Shown piece after piece: positions 1-10,580 of a stretch of DNA of 64,000 bases. The first letter of the stretch is position 1; every line of letters begins with the position of its first letter. The notes under the pieces were generated by a model. It did not search any database. It worked only from the letters and a program-made list of their open reading frames with translations, and had not been told where the DNA came from. Made by a program: the position numbers and the translations under genes. The stretch is from an uncultured bacterium (GTDB lineage Bacteria > Patescibacteriota > Kazan-3B-28), in the NCBI GenBank assembly GCA_963695435.1, contig OY968788.1, positions 477,456-541,455 on the forward strand, in the 5' to 3' direction.

Positions 1-303
1 TTCCCAAATAATGTTGTGAAGAAATATTCCGGTGGAAGTGAAATTCCGTTTGAGCTGAAACCAGTGCCGGATCCATATCCGAAACTTGGCAATGCCACTC
101 AAATCTTCATTGATGCTGACACCAAGCTGTATGTATTGGATGTCGCGAACAATCGTGTGGTGGTTTTTGACCGAGAGGGATATTATGTCGGGCAATACAT
201 ATATTCTGGCATCAATAATCCGACCAACTTGGTGGTAGATGAGCCGAGCGGATTCATTTATATGACGGCGGGAACGGCAATCTACCGCCTGCCAATGAAG
301 TAG
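1..303 (+). CDS. C-terminal part of an NHL-repeat beta-propeller protein (5' truncated by the window)
   Basis: Frame is open from base 1. NHL-like motifs LYVLDVANNRVVVFD and INNPTNLVVD. Confidence 0.7.
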   Translation, partial: FPNNVVKKYSGGSEIPFELKPVPDPYPKLGNATQIFIDADTKLYVLDVANNRVVVFDREGYYVGQYIYSGINNPTNLVVDEPSGFIYMTAGTAIYRLPMK

Positions 304-317
304 CCCTCTTTTGTTTT

Positions 318-570
318 GTCATGCTTGAGCGGAGCGAAGCATCTATAAGGATGTTTCTTTTTTGTTTCAAGGGTCTGCGCGACCCTTGTACCGCGGTTAC
401 TTTGTCTTGCCAAAGTAACCAAAGCGTCCCGCCAGTCGTCGGGCTTATTCATTGGCTAAATTGTCTTTCTTCGCTATCGGCAAACTCGCTACGCTCAAAC
501 AGTGCCTACGCCAGCGCCAATTTAGCTCAATTCAGTACAGCCCTCCTCCAATGGCGGAAGAGAAAGATGC
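318..570. repeat. Structured ~250-bp dispersed repeat, copy 1
   Basis: GTTACTTTGTCTTGCCAAAGTAACCAAAGCGTCCCGCCAGTCGTC and CTCCAATGGCGGA are shared with 25977-26252. Confidence 0.85.
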
Positions 571-594
571 TCTCACCTCCACCTTTAAAAATCC

Positions 595-620
595 GTCATT
601 CTGAACTTGTTTCAGAATCT
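595..620. repeat. GTCAT/CGTC-type REP palindrome
   Basis: GTCATTCTGAACTTGTTTCAGAATCT. Near-identical copy at ~34710. Confidence 0.75.
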
Positions 621-644
621 TTTTATCTATAGGATGATAGGACT

Positions 645-1085
645 ATGGTTATTCTCAATCGGCAGGCAGGATTCAATTACACCCTACTCGAGACATTCGA
701 GGCGGGTTTGGTTTTGACTGGCGGTGAAGTAAAGTCCATTCGTGCTGGTCAGGCAAACTTGGGAGATGCTTATGCGCGAATAAAAGATGGTGAGATTTGG
801 TTGAACAATCTCCATATTGCCCCCTACTCTCAAGCTAAGCAGGACGGTTATGAGCCGACTCATTCGCGTAAACTTTTATTGCACAAAAAAGAATTGGTTC
901 AGCTAACCAGCAAATTGCAGGAACAAGGATTGAGTTTGGTTCCGACAAAAATTTACAGCACCCACAACCACATCAAAGTTGAGTTGGCGCTGGCGAGAGG
1001 AAAAAAGAAATACGACAAGCGGGCAAGTATCAAACGCAAAGAAAGCGAACGGGAAATTTCCCGTAAGTTGCGGGTGAAACAATAG
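645..1085 (+). CDS. smpB: SsrA-binding protein SmpB
   Basis: FEAGLVLTGGEVKSIR, RKLLLHKKE and ARGKKKYDKR motifs. Lies next to the tmRNA gene. Confidence 0.97.
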   Translation: MVILNRQAGFNYTLLETFEAGLVLTGGEVKSIRAGQANLGDAYARIKDGEIWLNNLHIAPYSQAKQDGYEPTHSRKLLLHKKELVQLTSKLQEQGLSLVPTKIYSTHNHIKVELALARGKKKYDKRASIKRKESEREISRKLRVKQ

Positions 1086-1192
1086 CTAGACTAATAGACG
1101 ATGGACTTATGGACGAATAGTCGCAAGTAATGGGTTGTGATAAATTTGGGTATAAAAAATCCCCTTAACCCCGGGGCGGGAACAGTAAGATG

Positions 1193-1498
1193 TCAGCTGG
1201 TGGCGACAGGAGAGCCCAGCAAGATATCGAGGCCTTCCCCCTCTACGGCCGCCCGAACAACCTGTCGAGTTGTCTCGTTTGGCTGTCCGTTGTCTTCGAT
1301 GAGGCCACGAGAGGCGAGGTAAGCTCTGTATTCATCCGACAACTGGTGCTTAGGGTTGCGGCATACAGCCACAAGCTCGCCGAATGACACTAAGTCCTTA
1401 ACGTCACCATCCATCAACGTATTCAGCGATGACATTATGGCGGCAACGACAGTTACGGGTAGCTCCTCTCCGGTCTTCAATTTTACCATATCTACCAT
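1193..1498 (-). CDS. Small hypothetical protein (101 aa)
   Basis: AAGGGGG RBS before the ATG and protein-like composition. Sits just downstream of the tmRNA terminator. Confidence 0.6.
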   Translation of the reverse strand: MVDMVKLKTGEELPVTVVAAIMSSLNTLMDGDVKDLVSFGELVAVCRNPKHQLSDEYRAYLASRGLIEDNGQPNETTRQVVRAAVEGEGLDILLGSPVATS

Positions 1499-1565
1499 AC
1501 GAACCCCCTTGAGTGAGATAGAAAGGTACTGGCTAATGGTATCTCAAAATATCTTTTCTGTCAAG

Positions 1566-1592
1566 CAAAAATCCGCTCTGGGAGCGGTTTTG
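1566..1592 (-). terminator. Intrinsic terminator of ssrA
   Basis: CCGCTCCCAGAGCGG hairpin followed by a T-run on the minus strand. Confidence 0.7.
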
Positions 1593-1594
1593 TC

Positions 1595-1958
1595 TGGTGG
1601 AGCTGGGGGGATTCGCACCCCCGTCCAGAAAACAATTTTTGAGCGTTACTACATGCGTATTCGGTTTGATTTGGGTCCCTCACCATCCTCAAGCCGACAA
1701 AGCAATGACAAGGCAAGTTACTAAGTCTTAGGCGACAACAGTAACCGTTGCCGCAGCGGCTCAACTAATATTACACCGCTGACCTGCGCGGTTGAGCGCG
1801 CTCAGAAGCGATGGCATCCGCAATTAGGCGAATGCATTTGCGGTACGAAGACCGCCAAATGCGTTGGCATTTGTAGTTTTGTCTGGTTTTGCGTTACAAG
1901 ACATCAACGGCACGCAACTCTCAAAAATTAAGGTTCCCTGTCGAAGCTAGACAGCCCC
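1595..1958 (-). ncRNA. ssrA: tmRNA; tag peptide (A)ANAFGGLRTANAFA* at 1868-1824
   Basis: 5' GGGGCTG...TTCGAC and 3' CAGCTCCACCA form an Ala acceptor stem. Internal tag ORF ends in AFA. Adjacent to smpB. Confidence 0.95.
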
Positions 1959-2005
1959 ACAAGTTGTGCCAGTAGTCTAGAGCGTTATCTAATAAAAATC
2001 AAGGG

Positions 2006-4660
2006 CTACAACGGGACGACGAATTTTTGTCGTTTGCGTTTGATTACTCCCAGCAGATATGCGAGCGGAAGGCCGAGCAGGAGTTGTGCTAGTTGGAGAT
2101 ACAGGAGCCACAGCCAAGCGTAGCTGCTGCTAATGAGCCTCTCGGCGGTCAGTTGAGCTATGGGCAGCTGCCGACCAGTATCGGCAAGTCGGTAGGTTCC
2201 GATAACTGAAGTGTCTAGAATCTGTCCGATTATCGCATTACTGCCGTTGCGGATTTCATCCTGCTCGGCTCCGAGACTTATCAGCTCGTTCTCCAGTCGG
2301 GCGGTTTTGTCAGCGGTGCCCAGCCCGCGCAAAGTTGGTTGGCCAGTCGGGTAACTAACACCATTCTGCCAGTCCAATACTTCGGCGCCGGAATAAACAC
2401 CAGAATCACCAATGTAAATATGTCCGTTAGGCATCATAAATGTCTGGAAGCCATGGGTATCGTGCCGGAACATCAATACATTTTCATAAAGCTTCGACTC
2501 TCCCGTTTTTAGGTCGAAAATTTCATAAGTTGAGGAGGTGTGAGTGACGCTTTGGAAGTTTCCTCGGCTGTCTTTGACGATAATTGGTTGTTCGTCTCCA
2601 CCGATTATCGCTATTTTATCATCAGGCAAAATTACCACTTGATGTCCACTTCGACCGATTTTCAATTTGCCGATTTCTTCACTTTTGTTTGTCTTCGGAT
2701 TATAAATTTCGACACTCTTGGTGAATCCCAGTTTCACATTAAGTTTTTGTAAATCTGCCGCGCTCATTCCCAGTCCGCTGTAATACAATACTGGATCCAC
2801 CTTGCCGAATGTTTTGCCATAAAGAGTGATCGTGCCTGCCATCCAGTTTTGAGTATAGCGTCCATTATCAAGTGGTTCTTCTGCTGGTTGGCTCCCGACA
2901 TTTGCTATCCCGCCGACGATTACTACTTTCCCATCAAGGAGAGCGGTGACGGACTCGTCTTTTCTTGCGACAGCCAACTTACTATTTTTTGCTTCCGACC
3001 ATTTCTTGGTAGCAGCATTATATCGTTCGATATTATACGAGGGGTTGGTGTCGCGGCAGTTGCCCTGTTTTGGTGGCACGGCATCACAGGCGGGAATACC
3101 GGTCTGGGGAAGACCAATGCGATAAGTCGCGCCCCGAACTTCGACAATGTACCGCGCCTGCTCCTCCGCCAAATTGGCTTCATAGTTTTTTTGCAGAGCT
3201 GAAGTTTTCTTGGCTGTAGCCCAGACGCCTTGGGTCTTGAAATCGGTGCTAGGCCAGTCGGGCAAATTTGTTTTTGATTGGCTAATCGCTTCTTGTCCGG
3301 GAGTGCGTTCACTAGCGGGAGTATAAAGCACAGTTCGAGCCCCCAAGTACAGCACTCGTCCATCTGCCAGAGTGATGTCATTGTCGAACCCGATCCATTG
3401 GTCTTGGAGACTAGTGGATAATCTTGCTCTTGTAGTTTGATTCGCTGGCTGAAGCATTTTGTAGCCGTTCAAATCAATCAGCCAATGATACTGGGCTATA
3501 TCGTAAAAATTATTAGCGGCGAGTAAAACTGTTCCGTCAGCAAGAACCGAAACTCTATACTGCAATTTGAGCGGCGCTAGTGCTGCGGTTGTATTTTCGT
3601 CTGTAAATTCGGTGATCCCGGTCAGCAATTGTTCGCGAATTGGGAGAGCGGTTGCGAGCGTGATTGGTAATGATTGAAGATTTTCGGGATTGAATAAATA
3701 AATTTCATTGCCGAGCGAATTGCCGCCTGTTTCCCAATCGCTCCAGTTGATAGAACGCTCCCAACAAGCCAGCAACAGACCGTTGGGCAAACGCTCGATT
3801 GTTGTCGCTTTGGTAGTGTTGGAAACTGGCGTGAAAGTGAGTTTGGTTTTATCAAAAATAGCCAAACGATCGCTAAAAATCAAGACATCATCCCCCCTAT
3901 CGTAAGTGTTGGTAGTGGTAGTCGTAGGAATAGCATAGCCGTCTGTGCCAGTAAGCTCTTTCGACTCAATTTCTTTACCAACGAGGTCAAAAGTTTTGAT
4001 TATCCCAGTCGGCAGTTTGTCATAGTCGGGGTCGGTGATGAGCATATCTCTATGAGCCTTGCCTTTGATGCCGGCAATGGCGAATTTTTGGTCGTTGAGT
4101 TCTGCCAAAACACGAATTTCGCCGATTTGTTCTTGCCCTACGATGTCAATTACCTCACCACTATCCAAATTGATAATTTTCCCGTAAGCCCAGGTAGATT
4201 CTTCTCCCCCGCCGGAGAGTAGTTCTTCCGCTCCGCCAAAAATTATCACCACGGTGCTGTCGTTGATGAGAAGTGCTTGGCTTATTTCGCCTGACCCAAC
4301 ATTTTTTCTGAATACGATAGACTCGTGGCGCGGTGTAAAAGTGGTTGTGGTGGGATCAAAAATAATCGGCTCAATTTCTGTCGCAGATTTGTAGAGAATA
4401 TTGATTCTCCCGTCGCCCATTGTGCCGGATACCAAAAAATTCCTGGATGACTTGAAATCCAGAATGCTAAATGTGCCGTAATTAGCGGAAACTACCCGAC
4501 TAGTTGTTTCGGTCTGGGGAATTAGCGTTGGTTTGACTGCACAGCTCATCCTCCCGAACAGCAACCATAAGATTAGCCCAATCAGCATTACCCAAGGGAG
4601 CCAAGGCCATTTTGGCAGACGGTCGGATTCAGATTGTGGTGAGATAGAGTTTTCTAACAT
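2006..4660 (-). CDS. Kelch/galactose-oxidase-like beta-propeller membrane protein (884 aa)
   Basis: Repeats such as ALLDGKVVIVGG, RSGHQVVILPDDKIAIIGG and VEIYNP. N- and C-terminal hydrophobic helices. Confidence 0.75.
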   Translation of the reverse strand: MLENSISPQSESDRLPKWPWLPWVMLIGLILWLLFGRMSCAVKPTLIPQTETTSRVVSANYGTFSILDFKSSRNFLVSGTMGDGRINILYKSATEIEPIIFDPTTTTFTPRHESIVFRKNVGSGEISQALLINDSTVVIIFGGAEELLSGGGEESTWAYGKIINLDSGEVIDIVGQEQIGEIRVLAELNDQKFAIAGIKGKAHRDMLITDPDYDKLPTGIIKTFDLVGKEIESKELTGTDGYAIPTTTTTNTYDRGDDVLIFSDRLAIFDKTKLTFTPVSNTTKATTIERLPNGLLLACWERSINWSDWETGGNSLGNEIYLFNPENLQSLPITLATALPIREQLLTGITEFTDENTTAALAPLKLQYRVSVLADGTVLLAANNFYDIAQYHWLIDLNGYKMLQPANQTTRARLSTSLQDQWIGFDNDITLADGRVLYLGARTVLYTPASERTPGQEAISQSKTNLPDWPSTDFKTQGVWATAKKTSALQKNYEANLAEEQARYIVEVRGATYRIGLPQTGIPACDAVPPKQGNCRDTNPSYNIERYNAATKKWSEAKNSKLAVARKDESVTALLDGKVVIVGGIANVGSQPAEEPLDNGRYTQNWMAGTITLYGKTFGKVDPVLYYSGLGMSAADLQKLNVKLGFTKSVEIYNPKTNKSEEIGKLKIGRSGHQVVILPDDKIAIIGGDEQPIIVKDSRGNFQSVTHTSSTYEIFDLKTGESKLYENVLMFRHDTHGFQTFMMPNGHIYIGDSGVYSGAEVLDWQNGVSYPTGQPTLRGLGTADKTARLENELISLGAEQDEIRNGSNAIIGQILDTSVIGTYRLADTGRQLPIAQLTAERLISSSYAWLWLLYLQLAQLLLGLPLAYLLGVIKRKRQKFVVPL

Positions 4661-4810
4661 TCCCCCGATTTGCTTACATCTCTTATATTACAGCATGGAG
4701 AGCCGCGGGTAATGAGTTATGAGTAATGAGGGGAAAAGGGCAGGGCCTGTCCCGTACCAGCCAACCGTAGAAAAATCGGCTTAGAGTTTTCCGGCTGGCT
4801 TGGTGCGGGA

Positions 4811-4839
4811 TTGACAAAAACGGAAAAATAAGATATAAT
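4811..4839 (+). promoter_or_regulatory. Perfect sigma70 promoter
   Basis: TTGACA-17bp-TATAAT upstream of the ATG at 4904. Confidence 0.85.
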
Positions 4840-4903
4840 AATACAATAGTTTGGAAGGGCGTATATCTGTTGCCAAAAACGAAAAATAAACACCAATAGC
4901 CAA

Positions 4904-7900
4904 ATGTTCAAGCGACTCTTTGGACAACGTAAATACTTATCAGCCATTACGGCTGGGATTTTAGTTATCCAAACCTTCCTCCCCTCTGCTTGGGGTGTGC
5001 CAAAAGTGTTTGCCGAAGATGGTTTGACTTATACTTTGAGTTTTGATGATGCCGCCGATTACACAACCGATAGTAATATTGCCATTGGTCAGGATTTGAT
5101 GTATTTCAAAACCACTTGGAATCCAACGACCGATGGAACAGAGTTGGGCGGAGCTAATGATCCCGTAATAGATCTCGTTCCTGACTCGAGTGGCACAATT
5201 TGGGCAGTATTGAATGGCGGAGATGTTTATTATTCTGAAGATTCTGGAGCCACTTGGACTATAAAGGCAATCACGGGGATAACTAATACTCTTGAAATCG
5301 CGGAGGTAACATATGCTACAACTCCGGGAGTGGATTTGGTCGCGGTTGGCGAAACAGTTTCTTACTCTAGTGATGGAGGTGCGAACTGGACTGGGGCAAC
5401 GCTTCCCGTTATGGCACCGACTACATATGTAGCGGTTTCAGCATCTTCAGCGAACGGAGTAGCATATGTTGTAACATCAGATAATCCTGCGAAGGTTCTC
5501 GTAACAAGTGACGGCGGAGCTAACTGGGCGCTGACCGGCCAACAGCCAGGTACAATTGCCTCGGCTATTGATATCGCTTGGATTAGCTCCAATATTGTGG
5601 TGCTTGTAGGAAATGATGGCGGAACGGGTGGTGTTTTGGAATATTCAATGAACCCTGCCTTGATACCATGGGCCACTAAAGATTTGCCTGACACCGAACC
5701 ACTTCTGACTGAGGTGGATTATATCAACGGGAAAATTTATGTAGCGGGTGCTTCGGGAGCATTGGATGGTGTGTACATTGCCGTAAGTACTGACTTCAAC
5801 CCTAGCGGAGCTTGGACTAATCAGTCATCTGATTTGGTGGCGGATTATGACTTGGTTTATATATCCGATCTTTTAGGCAACAGCAACATTCCATTTTTTG
5901 TTGGTGCTGGGGGAGATAGAAAATCCGCCGTGTTCTGTAGTTTCGATAGTGGAGCCACTTGGCTCGAACAAAGCAACACTGCGCATGATGATTTAGGAAT
6001 TGCCCAATGGAGCGCGTTGGCAATTCAACCAACCACCAACTGGCTACTGATGGGAGGTGCTTTGGGCGGCAAGACCGATATTTTCTTAGGCAAGTATAGC
6101 TTGGCCAGTTCTTCAATCGTTGCCACAACTCCAATTTACAATGCTGTAAAAATTACGGCCCTTTCTGTTACAGAACATTCGCTAAGCAACGGCGAAGCTA
6201 AGTTTGCGTTTAGTCGGCAAAGTACTGATGCCGGCGAATGGTATTACTACGACACGGGCGCTAGTGCTTGGACGGCGGACGCCTCGGCGGATGATTCATC
6301 GAAAGCCAACACAATGGCGGAATTGACCGAAGTAGTTTTGGGCACAATGTTGGACACTATCCCCGCCACCGATTCGGCGCTTTATGTAAAAATCTATTCC
6401 CAAAATGCTACTGGGCAAATGTTGATTGCGGATAGTGTAACTATTACATATAACACTGCCGTTCTTGGGGGTGGTGGAGGCGGGACTGATGAAACTCGTC
6501 CAACTTCCAATATCAATCCTCTCCCCCGCTACACTACAGTGGCAGACGCTTGCAACCCCACCTTACATGTCACTGCTACTGCTACCGATGACAGCAGCGG
6601 AGTAAAACGGGTAACCTTGTATGTCGCTACAGATGACGACAAAATGCCTACTAGTTCTTTTGGTACTCTTTATTACGGGGAAGGTGTCGATCCGGAGTGG
6701 GAAACGGTAGGTTGGGAAGTCCCTGTAGATGATGGAAAAACTTATTATTTTGGAACTGCCGCAGCAGACAACGCGGGAAATTACGAACTTAAGTTCACTA
6801 GCAAGCAGGATAGCTATGGAAATTGGATAATAAGTGGTTGGAGTCCTCCCACCACGGTTTATGTTTATTCTCCTTACTTGGTAGAGTCTAAACCAGCCGA
6901 GGGAGAAGGAAGTTGGCCGACTGGTCAACCGGTGTCTCTCGAGTTTTCCGAATATATGGATCCCGGTAGCCTCACTTACAACTTTTATTCAGCAGAGGGC
7001 GAAGTGCCCAGTTCTGTTGTATGGAGCGATAAGAATGAAGATGAGACTGGTGCCAAAATCGCAACCATCACTCCCACTTCGAATGACGGCATACTGCTAG
7101 AACTGACTCGTTATAATTTCAGAATTAAAACCGCGACTGATTTGGCGGGCAATCGGATAGTGGATGTGGACACCCACTATACTTGTGAGCTCCAAGACGA
7201 AATCCGTTCTCCCCTACTCTTCTCATTCACTACTGCCAAGGAACCGCATCCGAACCTAACAAGTTCTAAACTGCAAGTGGCGCTTGGTTCTCACAACGGC
7301 AAGTACGCAGTGGGAGAAGAAGTGGAATATACCCTATATTTGCACAACACAGATAAAACAGTTGATGCTCCTAGCGTTACCGTCACTATTATTTTCGTAG
7401 ATGGGATTTCTTATGTTAGCGACAACAGTAAGGGTGGACTCTTCAGAAAATTAGAAAATAAAGGAAAAATAATTGGGCTGGAGTGGACAGGAAGTGTACT
7501 AAGAGACAGTGTCGTTGAGCCAAAATTCACGATGAGGGTAGGGGTGGATGGCTATGCCGCTCAATTGACTGTTGAACAGAACATGACCCTCAACGATGGT
7601 ATTAACGGCGACTTCACGCCAAGCCAACCTGCTATTTTCAATATAGTGCCTGATTCTCTTTTTACTACTTCCGAAAAAGAGTCTAACCGAACTGAAACTG
7701 TCGCGCCTGGCGCCGTTGTTACCTACACCGTAACCATTTACAACACAGGTTCTACGGTTGGTGATGTTGCCATTAGCGACCTTGTGCCGAGACATTATGA
7801 CAGTGCCTATGATACGCCAGAGTTTTATTATTCAGATCCTTCAATAGATACTGATGATAAACGCTGGTTAGACGAGTCCCCGTCATGGGACAAGGATACC

Positions 7901-9745
7901 GAAACCATCACAGGATTTGCGCAAGGCATTCAGAAAAATGACCCTCCCCTAGTCTTCACTTTCAAGGCGGTAATTCGTGATGTAACCGAAAAAAAAGATG
8001 TGACAAATACCGCTTATGTTTGGGATCCGAATATTGGTTCCGATGAACAAACTTCGCTTACTTCAAGCATCCATGTCTCGCCAACTGCGGAAAAAGATCC
8101 GTTGCAGGTTGTTTCTCAAAGCCCTGCACCAAATAGTGAAAATAACGGCTTCAAACAAAGTATCATAGTTGGCTTCAACTATCCTGTGGATCCCGAACAA
8201 TTCGAGTTTTCGTTATCCAACGAATTAGGGAGCGACACCACAACCTGGGGTCAGGCTTGGGACGAGACTAATACGATATTTACACTAACCGCACCTACGG
8301 ACGATCCCCTTTATGACGGGTTCCCTGGCGAACTAGCGGTTGGTTCAACTTATACAGTCACTATTATTTCGGCTGTTTCTTCAGAGGAAACTGTCGAGCC
8401 GTTGGAGAACCCCGTCACTTGGCAATTCACCACCGCTGACCCGTGGGTCAGAATTACTTATCCTTTTAGCAAAACAAATGAAATAAGAACCAACACTCTT
8501 AGCGACCTTTATACTGTCACTTTATGGGATACCATCTCCGACCGACCGTATATCGCGGAAGAGGATATTACATTAAATGTTTCTGCCAGTTTCGGCATTC
8601 ATTCACGCGACAGCGGGAAGTTTTGGAAACGAGACAATAACAACAATCTTGTCACTTTCAATGCTGGCAATCCGTTAGTGGTCCCCGAAGGAGCCAATGA
8701 GGCTGCTTTCTACTACAAGGATTCTGAAATTACTCCCATCCCTCTCATCCCTTCTGATCCTTGGTGCGTTACGATTCTTGTCGCCGATAGTTGGCCTGTT
8801 AACCAAGATCGGGGTTGGTCTGACGACCAAACATTTGTAACCGTGGTCGATACTGAACAGCCATTGCAGTCGCTGGTAATCAATCTGCCAAGTACGCCAA
8901 TCAATGTTAATAAGTTCAGCGCCCCAATCAGAATCACTGCCAAAGATGCCGAAGACCGCTCTGAATTCTTGCCCAAAGGAAACATATACTTCTATAGCGG
9001 TAGAATTACGGGAGCATTCTATGATGCCTCACAGCGCAAACTCCCCTACTTGATAACCGCCCAAGAAGAGAGTACCGAAGTTGTGCCGCAATATATTTTG
9101 AGTGACGGAAGCAAGTCGAGCATTACTGTGTATTATCTCGATTCCCAGTCGGGTAAGAATATTATGGTGGTCGCGGATAACTCCATATATGAGCCCGATA
9201 CTGGATTCAACGATGCTGTTGCATTCTTGAATGTCGAAGAAAAACTCGAAGAAGAAGAGCTGCTTGAAGAATTGGAAGAAGTGATTGATGACACAGGTCG
9301 GGTAATTGACAAGATGGTTATCAAGCCCGTTGAAGCCCAAATGTTGCCGGGCAAAACTCAACTCTTCAAAGCAACTGCGTACGATACCGAAGGTAAACCA
9401 ATTGATAACGCCAAGTTCAAGTGGTTCGTACTAATCGACCAAAGCGGAACCATCAAGAAGGATGGTGACGATAAGACTACCCATCGGAGTACCTTTACTG
9501 CTGGCGAAGAATTGGGTACCTATTACGATACGATTCTGGTTGCTACTTTATACAACGGCAAAATCGGTTATGCGACTGCTAGTGTGGCAGTGGTAGATGT
9601 AGTTGATTACAAAGGACCACAGAGATTACCTGTCACGGGTATGAATGGACTACAATTAGTATTGATGGGTTTGACCTTGCTGGCAGCTGTCGCTCTGGCT
9701 TGGGTAGAACATTACGATAAGACACATTTTAAGGCCACAAAGTAA
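4904..9745 (+). CDS. Large surface protein: signal peptide, Asp-box propeller, SbsA-type Ig-like and DUF11-like domains, LPVTG sorting signal
   Basis: SxDGGxxW repeats, PGAVVTYTVTIYNTG, and C-terminal LPVTG + TM + short charged tail. Confidence 0.85.
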   Translation: MFKRLFGQRKYLSAITAGILVIQTFLPSAWGVPKVFAEDGLTYTLSFDDAADYTTDSNIAIGQDLMYFKTTWNPTTDGTELGGANDPVIDLVPDSSGTIWAVLNGGDVYYSEDSGATWTIKAITGITNTLEIAEVTYATTPGVDLVAVGETVSYSSDGGANWTGATLPVMAPTTYVAVSASSANGVAYVVTSDNPAKVLVTSDGGANWALTGQQPGTIASAIDIAWISSNIVVLVGNDGGTGGVLEYSMNPALIPWATKDLPDTEPLLTEVDYINGKIYVAGASGALDGVYIAVSTDFNPSGAWTNQSSDLVADYDLVYISDLLGNSNIPFFVGAGGDRKSAVFCSFDSGATWLEQSNTAHDDLGIAQWSALAIQPTTNWLLMGGALGGKTDIFLGKYSLASSSIVATTPIYNAVKITALSVTEHSLSNGEAKFAFSRQSTDAGEWYYYDTGASAWTADASADDSSKANTMAELTEVVLGTMLDTIPATDSALYVKIYSQNATGQMLIADSVTITYNTAVLGGGGGGTDETRPTSNINPLPRYTTVADACNPTLHVTATATDDSSGVKRVTLYVATDDDKMPTSSFGTLYYGEGVDPEWETVGWEVPVDDGKTYYFGTAAADNAGNYELKFTSKQDSYGNWIISGWSPPTTVYVYSPYLVESKPAEGEGSWPTGQPVSLEFSEYMDPGSLTYNFYSAEGEVPSSVVWSDKNEDETGAKIATITPTSNDGILLELTRYNFRIKTATDLAGNRIVDVDTHYTCELQDEIRSPLLFSFTTAKEPHPNLTSSKLQVALGSHNGKYAVGEEVEYTLYLHNTDKTVDAPSVTVTIIFVDGISYVSDNSKGGLFRKLENKGKIIGLEWTGSVLRDSVVEPKFTMRVGVDGYAAQLTVEQNMTLNDGINGDFTPSQPAIFNIVPDSLFTTSEKESNRTETVAPGAVVTYTVTIYNTGSTVGDVAISDLVPRHYDSAYDTPEFYYSDPSIDTDDKRWLDESPSWDKDTETITGFAQGIQKNDPPLVFTFKAVIRDVTEKKDVTNTAYVWDPNIGSDEQTSLTSSIHVSPTAEKDPLQVVSQSPAPNSENNGFKQSIIVGFNYPVDPEQFEFSLSNELGSDTTTWGQAWDETNTIFTLTAPTDDPLYDGFPGELAVGSTYTVTIISAVSSEETVEPLENPVTWQFTTADPWVRITYPFSKTNEIRTNTLSDLYTVTLWDTISDRPYIAEEDITLNVSASFGIHSRDSGKFWKRDNNNNLVTFNAGNPLVVPEGANEAAFYYKDSEITPIPLIPSDPWCVTILVADSWPVNQDRGWSDDQTFVTVVDTEQPLQSLVINLPSTPINVNKFSAPIRITAKDAEDRSEFLPKGNIYFYSGRITGAFYDASQRKLPYLITAQEESTEVVPQYILSDGSKSSITVYYLDSQSGKNIMVVADNSIYEPDTGFNDAVAFLNVEEKLEEEELLEELEEVIDDTGRVIDKMVIKPVEAQMLPGKTQLFKATAYDTEGKPIDNAKFKWFVLIDQSGTIKKDGDDKTTHRSTFTAGEELGTYYDTILVATLYNGKIGYATASVAVVDVVDYKGPQRLPVTGMNGLQLVLMGLTLLAAVALAWVEHYDKTHFKATK

Positions 9746-9862
9746 TGAGTATTGGGTAATGAGTTATGAGTGATGGGTAATAAAAAGCCCGCAGGGCTAC
9801 CGACACTCACAACGCACAACGCATTACTCTCTGTCCCTTACTCACAACGCACAACTACTTCT

Positions 9863-10372
9863 ATGAACAAGGTAATGTATCATTTACGGAGGAACCGAAA
9901 CTACAGCTCACATGAACGGTGGGGTGTGTTTGCCGGACTTTTTATATTGACCTTAGCTGTCACGGCTGGCGGATGGTTGCTCTTAGGTAAACCCGCTTCT
10001 TCAGCCGCATCAGTGACGGTGACAGACATCAAACTATCACAGAATACTCTACCGATTGGGATTGATTCCGAAGGCACTGTCACACTGACTTTGGCAAACA
10101 AGGAAACAACCGAGCCAGCAGAAGGTGTTTGGGTTGGGTTGCGCGTTCCCCTATCCGAACTGCGTACTCCACAATTTTCTTATTACGATTGGTACAGTCC
10201 TGAAAGTGAGAGAGCGTTTTACCAAACTGATACAGTAGGAAAAGTTGTTTTTCCGCTAGCATCTTTGGTGACGGGAACGATTGAATACGAAATCTATACC
10301 GCCAATCCAGAACTGGCAAATGATGCGAAATACCAATCGCTGAATCAGAAATTTACAGTAAGTTATGAATAA
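9863..10372 (+). CDS. Membrane-anchored Ig-like protein
   Basis: TM helix followed by a beta-rich domain. Start moved to MNKVMY because the upstream part of ORF 9770 is repeat-derived. Confidence 0.65.
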   Translation: MNKVMYHLRRNRNYSSHERWGVFAGLFILTLAVTAGGWLLLGKPASSAASVTVTDIKLSQNTLPIGIDSEGTVTLTLANKETTEPAEGVWVGLRVPLSELRTPQFSYYDWYSPESERAFYQTDTVGKVVFPLASLVTGTIEYEIYTANPELANDAKYQSLNQKFTVSYE

Positions 10373-10406
10373 TAAGTTTGTAGAGAGTAATAAGTAGTTG
10401 GTAGTT

Positions 10407-10472
10407 GTCATGCTCGAACCCGACTTGTCGGGGGAAGCATCTATTATAGATTCTTCCTAGCGTCAGAATGAC
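10407..10472. repeat. GTCAT...ATGAC REP doublet
   Basis: GTCATGCTCGAAC...GAAGCATCT...AGATTCTTC...CAGAATGAC. Confidence 0.75.
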
Positions 10473-10480
10473 AAAAGTGG

Positions 10481-10489
10481 TGTGGATAA
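10481..10489. promoter_or_regulatory. Isolated consensus DnaA box
   Basis: TGTGGATAA, a single copy. Confidence 0.4.
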
Positions 10490-10545
10490 CGAAAAAATCT
10501 TTTCGCTTCCAGACCGCACTTTTAACCCAAAACACCTCTTATCTA

Positions 10546-10574
10546 TTGCCAAAGGCAATGTTTTAGAGTATATT
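10546..10574 (+). promoter_or_regulatory. Sigma70-like promoter with a palindrome over the -35
   Basis: TTGCCA-17bp-TATATT, overlapped by the ATTGCC-AAA-GGCAAT palindrome. No ORF downstream. Confidence 0.55.
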
Positions 10575-10580
10575 GATATA

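Noticed and set aside
321-632. 103-aa ORF (also 25945-26273 ORFs)
   Set aside because: Translations of the dispersed structured repeat.
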